In this document: piece by piece, positions 59,940 through 64,000 of the stretch | How the letters are laid out: each line of letters opens with the position of its first letter | Numbering within the stretch: the first letter of the stretch is position 1 | Assembly: GCA_903861145.1 (NCBI GenBank) | Contig: CAIOTH010000046.1 | Coordinates: 658 to 64,657 of the forward strand | Length of the DNA stretch: 64,000 nucleotides | Direction: 5' to 3' | Origin: an uncultured Bacteroidota bacterium | GTDB taxonomy: Bacteria > Bacteroidota > Bacteroidia > Chitinophagales > LD1 | Program-made: the position numbers and the translations under genes | Notes under the pieces: generated by a model | Database searches by the model: none | The model's input: only the letters and a program-made list of their open reading frames with translations | Told to the model about the DNA's origin: nothing

Positions 59940-59957
59940 TTCTGTATCGGGAAATAG
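59940..59957 (+). repeat. attR core (orphan copy of the mnmE terminal 18-mer)
   Basis: TTC TGT ATC GGG AAA TAG encodes F-C-I-G-K-stop. It differs from 50508-50525 only at three codon third positions. Confidence 0.7.
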
Positions 59958-60192
59958 CGCCTATTAATCAACCAATCCACTCACGTCATATTGAATGGCT
60001 TACTGCAGCATAATGATGAAGAGCCTCGCTTTCTATTCTGCCAACTATAAATGGTTCAATTGTAATTCATGGCAAATAGCTGCTAGTGCATGGCTTCGAA
60101 AATTGATGCCATTTATCATGTTCTGTGCTGACCATATTCATGACCAGGGATTTACGGAGCATTTATTTTTGCTTCATTAAAATCAAAATAAT

Positions 60193-60609
60193 ATGAGTAA
60201 AAAAATATCGGTTTCAGGCGTGATGACTCCGCATGTTATTGTAGCCAACGTAAACACCAGGTTTGCCGAGATAGAGGAGTTTTTTGATAATTATAATATC
60301 CAACACTTGCCTGTGGCCGAGGGGGATCGTTTAATTGGCATTGTAAGTATAAACGACATGATGAAGTATATATTTAAAAAGCTGAAAAGCGGAACGGCAT
60401 TTAATCAGGCTTCGCTTGCCGCAACTTTTGATTTGAAAGAGATAATGACCACAAACCCTGTTTGCGTAAATCCGGATGATGATTTTTCGAAAGTGGTTGA
60501 TATTTTAGCACAGGGCAAATTTCAGTCGGTGCCTGTTGTTAAGGATGGCCTAATTGTGGGTATCATTACCAATAAAGATGTGGTAAGGGCTTATCAACAG
60601 CTCATGTAA
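60193..60609 (+). CDS. CBS-pair domain protein
   Basis: Two CBS repeats (MTPHVIV...HLPVAEGDRLIGIVSINDM and MTTNPVCV...SVPVVKDGLIVGIITNKDV). Confidence 0.85.
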   Translation: MSKKISVSGVMTPHVIVANVNTRFAEIEEFFDNYNIQHLPVAEGDRLIGIVSINDMMKYIFKKLKSGTAFNQASLAATFDLKEIMTTNPVCVNPDDDFSKVVDILAQGKFQSVPVVKDGLIVGIITNKDVVRAYQQLM

Positions 60610-60699
60610 AGCCAGTCAGTTTTACATATCTGAAATGTGCGAGAAGATATTCATGTTTTTTTCACAACTTCGTGAAAGTATTGTGTAAAATATAACTTC

Positions 60700-60897
60700 A
60701 TGAAAAAACTTCTTACCATAATTATTCTGACGGCAATGATTGGGCTTTCCTCGTGTAAACAGGATTGGGTGTGCCAATGTATGGACAATAATGGCAACGT
60801 TACCAATACGCCCATTAACGGCGGAACTTTTATTCATGCCGAGCATGCTTGCCACGGAATGGGTAACAAATGCGATTTACTAACTGAGGGACGCTAA
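60700..60897 (+). CDS. small cysteine-rich lipoprotein
   Basis: Lipobox GLSSC. Five further Cys residues in 45 aa. Confidence 0.4.
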   Translation: MKKLLTIIILTAMIGLSSCKQDWVCQCMDNNGNVTNTPINGGTFIHAEHACHGMGNKCDLLTEGR

Positions 60898-61177
60898 TTT
60901 GCACATTGCGGGGCTGAAGGACACGAAGCTTACCCTGGCGGGAATTCTGGAAAGATATTCGAAGCTTTATAAAAGTAATTGGCCTGCTTAATTCTCTTTC
61001 GGGGTTTGCAGTAAAATCCTTATCCCGCAGCTTTGGTTTTTATAAGGTTATGGCTTGTAGTAATTTCCGCTACATATATTTCATCATTGCTACTACATTT
61101 TATGGTAAACCTATGGTGCAATTTTGTCCTTGTGTCAGCAAAGGAACTTTCTCTCATCCCTGAGAGAGGTGCCAAGT

Positions 61178-61209
61178 CCCTAAACACTTAGGTGTTTGGG
61201 GTTTTTTTT
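61178..61209 (+). terminator. intrinsic terminator with no upstream ORF
   Basis: CCCTAAACAC (61178-87), loop TTAG, GTGTTTGGGG (61192-201), then T8 (61202-09). Confidence 0.65.
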
Positions 61210-61462
61210 GCCCTTTATTTCCGGGTAATGATAAATTTCATAACTCTTTTTTACAGGTATATCTATGTTCGCTTTTTGGTTATCGCCTAAGGTATCGGGG
61301 CAATTAACGCATTTCAATGCAGTGCCACGGTAACATAAGGCGGTAAGCATTAGCTAAATAGCAAATAGACCTGGTTATTGAATCACTTTATAATTATTTT
61401 AATATTCAGGAGAATAACATAACTTCACACAGGTGCAAAATTATAAAGATAAATATTGGAAT

Positions 61463-64000
61463 ATGAAAAAGGGACTAATAGGTTTAATTCTTGCATTTTG
61501 CGGATTCAATACCTGTATGGCACAGGCGCCACAGGACATGAACTACCAGGCAATTGTGAGAAATGCTTCGGGACAGGTTTTACCCGGCGGCCAAACGGTT
61601 TCATTGCGCTTTCAAATTCATGACGGCTCACCCACGGGTACAGTTGTTTTTCAGGAAGTCGCTTCTGCGGTAACTAATCAGTTCGGACTTGTGACCCACA
61701 TAATAGGCAGTGGCTCAAACCTGGCCACTGTAAACTGGGGTACTGGCCCTAAATATCTTCAGATTGAATTAGACCCTGCCGGAGGAGTTAGTTACGCAGA
61801 TATGGGTACTTCGCAATTGATAAGCGTTCCTTATGCGTTGTTTGCTGCCAATAGTGAGCCCGGACCCTCAGGTCCAACAGGTAGCAATGGAAGCAATGGA
61901 TTAAACGGGGCAACCGGGATAGCCGGAGCGGCCGGTCTTAACGGGGCTACAGGAGCAACGGGGGCTACAGGAAGTAACGGCGTAATTGGCCCAATAGGGG
62001 CAACCGGGGCAATTGGTGCTACAGGTAATGCCGGCGCGGTGGGAGCTACAGGACCAGCAGGAAATAATGGATTAAACGGAGCCACCGGAGCTCCGGGTTA
62101 AACGGCAATCGCGGTTTTACGGGTGCCACAGGTGCAACCGGAGGTAATGGAATAGATGGTGAAACGGGTGTTACAGGTGCAACCGGGAGTGCCGGAAACA
62201 GGGGCGCCACAGGCGCATCGGGCATAGATGGAGATATTGGCCCAACCGGAAGGGCCGGAACAACCGGCGCAACAGGAAATGTTGGGGCCATCGGAGCTAC
62301 GGGTTTTACCGGTAATGTTGGAGCAACGGGCGCAACCGGCATTACGGGTGCCACAGGATTTACAGGTGATGTTGGGGTTACGGGGGCGATTGGTGCCACC
62401 GGAGCTACGGGCTTTACCGGTAATGTTGGGGCAACGGGCGCAACCGGCATTACAGGTGCCACAGGATTTACAGGTGATGTTGGGGCTACGGGGGCTATTG
62501 GTGCCACCGGAGCTACGGGCTTTACGGGTAATGTTGGAGCTACCGGCCTTTTATCGGCGGGAACAGCAATAGGGAATACAACGTATTGGGATGGTACTCA
62601 GTGGGTGTTGAGTAGTAATAATATATACAACGACAATGCCAATGTTGGTATTGGTACAGCATCGCCGGGAGAGAAACTTACGGTGGTTGATCCGGCTAAC
62701 TTAAATCAATACAATGGCACGTTGGGTATATATGCTAATAATCTTACTGAAGGTATAGGTATAGGCTACATGGGAATTCAGGCAGTGGGTTCTAATGCCA
62801 GCCAGGACCTTTCATTTAACGCAAAGGGCACGGGTAATATCACAATGCAGGTTAGCAGAACTACAGGAAATGTGGGTATTGCAACGGGAAACCCGCTTAC
62901 ACCACTTGATGAAAATGGAGTAATTAATTCGGCAACCGGCTATGAGATTGCCAATGGCGCAGCGGCTGGAAACTACCTAAGGGGTAATGGAACTAACTTC
63001 GTTTCATCGGCAATTCAGGCGGCCGACCTACCCAGTGGTAACGGGAATTATATTCAAAACAGAACCTCTATTCAGCCCACCTCAAATTTTAATATCAGCG
63101 GAATAGGGTATGCACAAGGTAGCTTGCAGGCACCTGTATTTTATGATCTTAGCAATACAGCATACTATGTGCAGCCTTCATCAACAAGTATATTAAACAA
63201 CGTGCGTTTTAATAGTGCCGATTGTTTGAATGGCAACTGCCCCACTAACGGGGCCATACGTTACACACCCAACTTTTATCTTAATGCTGTTAACGGAAGC
63301 GCGGTTTTGATTAACTGGGATAATGGAACAACTGCGGGTGCCAATACCAAGCAACTACGTGTTGGAACCGGGCAAGCCGCTGACGCTTTTTATGTTACTT
63401 CGGCGGGTAATACGTTTGCCAGTTATTTTAACTCAACTGATAACACAGTTAGCAGTGGTGTAACCGGTGTAATGGTTAAACAAGGCGATAATTATATAAG
63501 GACCGCTAATGCCTCGGCTTTGGCCAGTTTTGTTGTTCCAGGTGCTTCGTCTAATGTTAGTAAAGTAGGATATAGCGCTGGCCCTACGGTGTATCAGTAT
63601 ATTCCTTATAATGCTTCGGCCCAAACGCCTATAAGTGGTTCAACAAATACTGTGGCGATGGCCGCAAGTGGCAATATATTGCTTGTTGCTAATGTTACCA
63701 TTACTGCTGGTGATGGAACTAACGATATTATTTATTCCGGTCCGGAAGACTTTGGAAATGGTAACACTGCACTTGCCGGAGATGCCTCGTATAGAATTGA
63801 AGTACAAAGGTCTCCAAATAATTCAAGCTGGACTACTGTTATGACAAGTTCAGCACACTGCGGAATGCAGGTACCGGATGCTAATAATTTTTATGCAACA
63901 ACTGGCTCGGGTTCGCAAAATGATGCAGGCGTTTTTGGTGACAGGTATAGTTTTCCGGGAAATGTTTCGATTAATTATATTGACCCTGTAACCACTGGAA
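61463..64000 (+). pseudogene. collagen-like (G-X-Y) tail-fibre-like surface protein, split by a 1-nt frameshift at about 62095-62101; 3' end beyond the window
   Basis: Signal peptide MKKGLIGLILAFCGFNTCMAQA. G-X-Y triplets run from about 61860 to the TAA at 62099-62101. They continue without interruption in the -1 frame from 62101 to about 62545. A non-collagen domain ([16 protein letters not shown]...) is then open to position 64000. Confidence 0.7.
62296..62547 (+). repeat. 108-bp tandem repeat (about 2.3 copies) inside the collagen-like region
   Basis: Units start at 62296, 62404 and 62512 (GCTACGGG(T/C)TTTAC(C/G)GGTAATGTTGG...). Each encodes 12 G-X-Y triplets. Confidence 0.85.

Larger units (their letters stand above)
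50508..59957. mobile_element. about 9.4-kb integrated element (int + xis-like + HUH Rep-like + serine recombinase + cargo) inserted in the 3' end of mnmE
   Basis: Bounded by 18-mers TTTTGTATCGGCAAATAA (50508-50525) and TTCTGTATCGGGAAATAG (59940-59957). Both encode FCIGK-stop, and 15/18 positions are identical. Interior genes are MGE-type or orphan, while the flanks are housekeeping. Confidence 0.75.

Noticed and set aside
59694-60180. ORFs 59694-59957 (87 aa) and 59995-60180 (61 aa)
   Set aside because: They are Cys/Trp-rich and have no start context. The first is notable only because its last six codons are the duplicated FCIGK-stop att core. Upstream residues do not align with MnmE, so it is not a gene fragment of useful length.
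60910-61000. tmRNA-like 5' start GGGGCTGA at about 60913
   Set aside because: No tRNA-like 3' end (T-arm, ACCA), tag reading frame or pseudoknot pattern follows. The region ends in an ordinary hairpin terminator.
62296-62547. Possible CRISPR array or other spacer-repeat structure
   Set aside because: The repeats are contiguous 108-bp coding units with no unique spacers. I saw no CRISPR-like array anywhere in the window.
61831-62572. Minus-strand PVAP-repeat ORFs (61831-62085, 62046-62507) and plus-strand ORF 62228-62572
   Set aside because: They are frame shadows of the G-X-Y repeat DNA. Only the Gly-first frame yields a collagen-like periodicity that continues into a long open frame.

Overview
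The window looks like a chromosomal segment from a Bacteroidota genome, probably Sphingobacteriia-like. The lineage call is an inference from gene content: a T9SS PorP/SprF protein, a T9SS C-terminal sorting domain, DUF1573, a Rho with a long N-terminal insertion, and a TAnnTTTG-type promoter. Positions 1 to about 50.5 kb are ordinary core genome. They hold a haem cluster (hemD/hemC/hemA, divergent hemH, hemJ), aspS, a TetR-TolC-MFP-RND efflux operon, rlmN, coaX, lptC, queA, glpK, serS, rho, two GT2 glycosyltransferases, rpmH-rnpA-yidD, two tandem S41 peptidases and mnmE. The main finding is a 9.4-kb integrated element at 50508-59957, inserted in the last 18 bp of mnmE. The 18-mer encoding F-C-I-G-K-stop is duplicated at both ends. 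The element carries a zinc-ribbon/excisionase-like protein, a tyrosine integrase, a second excisionase-type HTH protein and a candidate HUH rolling-circle Rep. The Rep-like gene is followed by an iteron/hairpin region and a G11 tract. Further along are a small serine recombinase, an XRE regulator and several orphan genes. One orphan is a 309-aa protein with an R-N-x3-H HEPN-type motif next to the right end, a candidate defence or addiction module. Beyond the element lie a CBS-pair gene, an orphan three-hairpin terminator structure, and a large collagen-like (G-X-Y) tail-fibre-like gene. That gene is split by a 1-nt frameshift and contains a 108-bp tandem repeat. I recognised no rRNA, tRNA or CRISPR array. 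All functional calls come from reading motifs in the translations. No database search was run.
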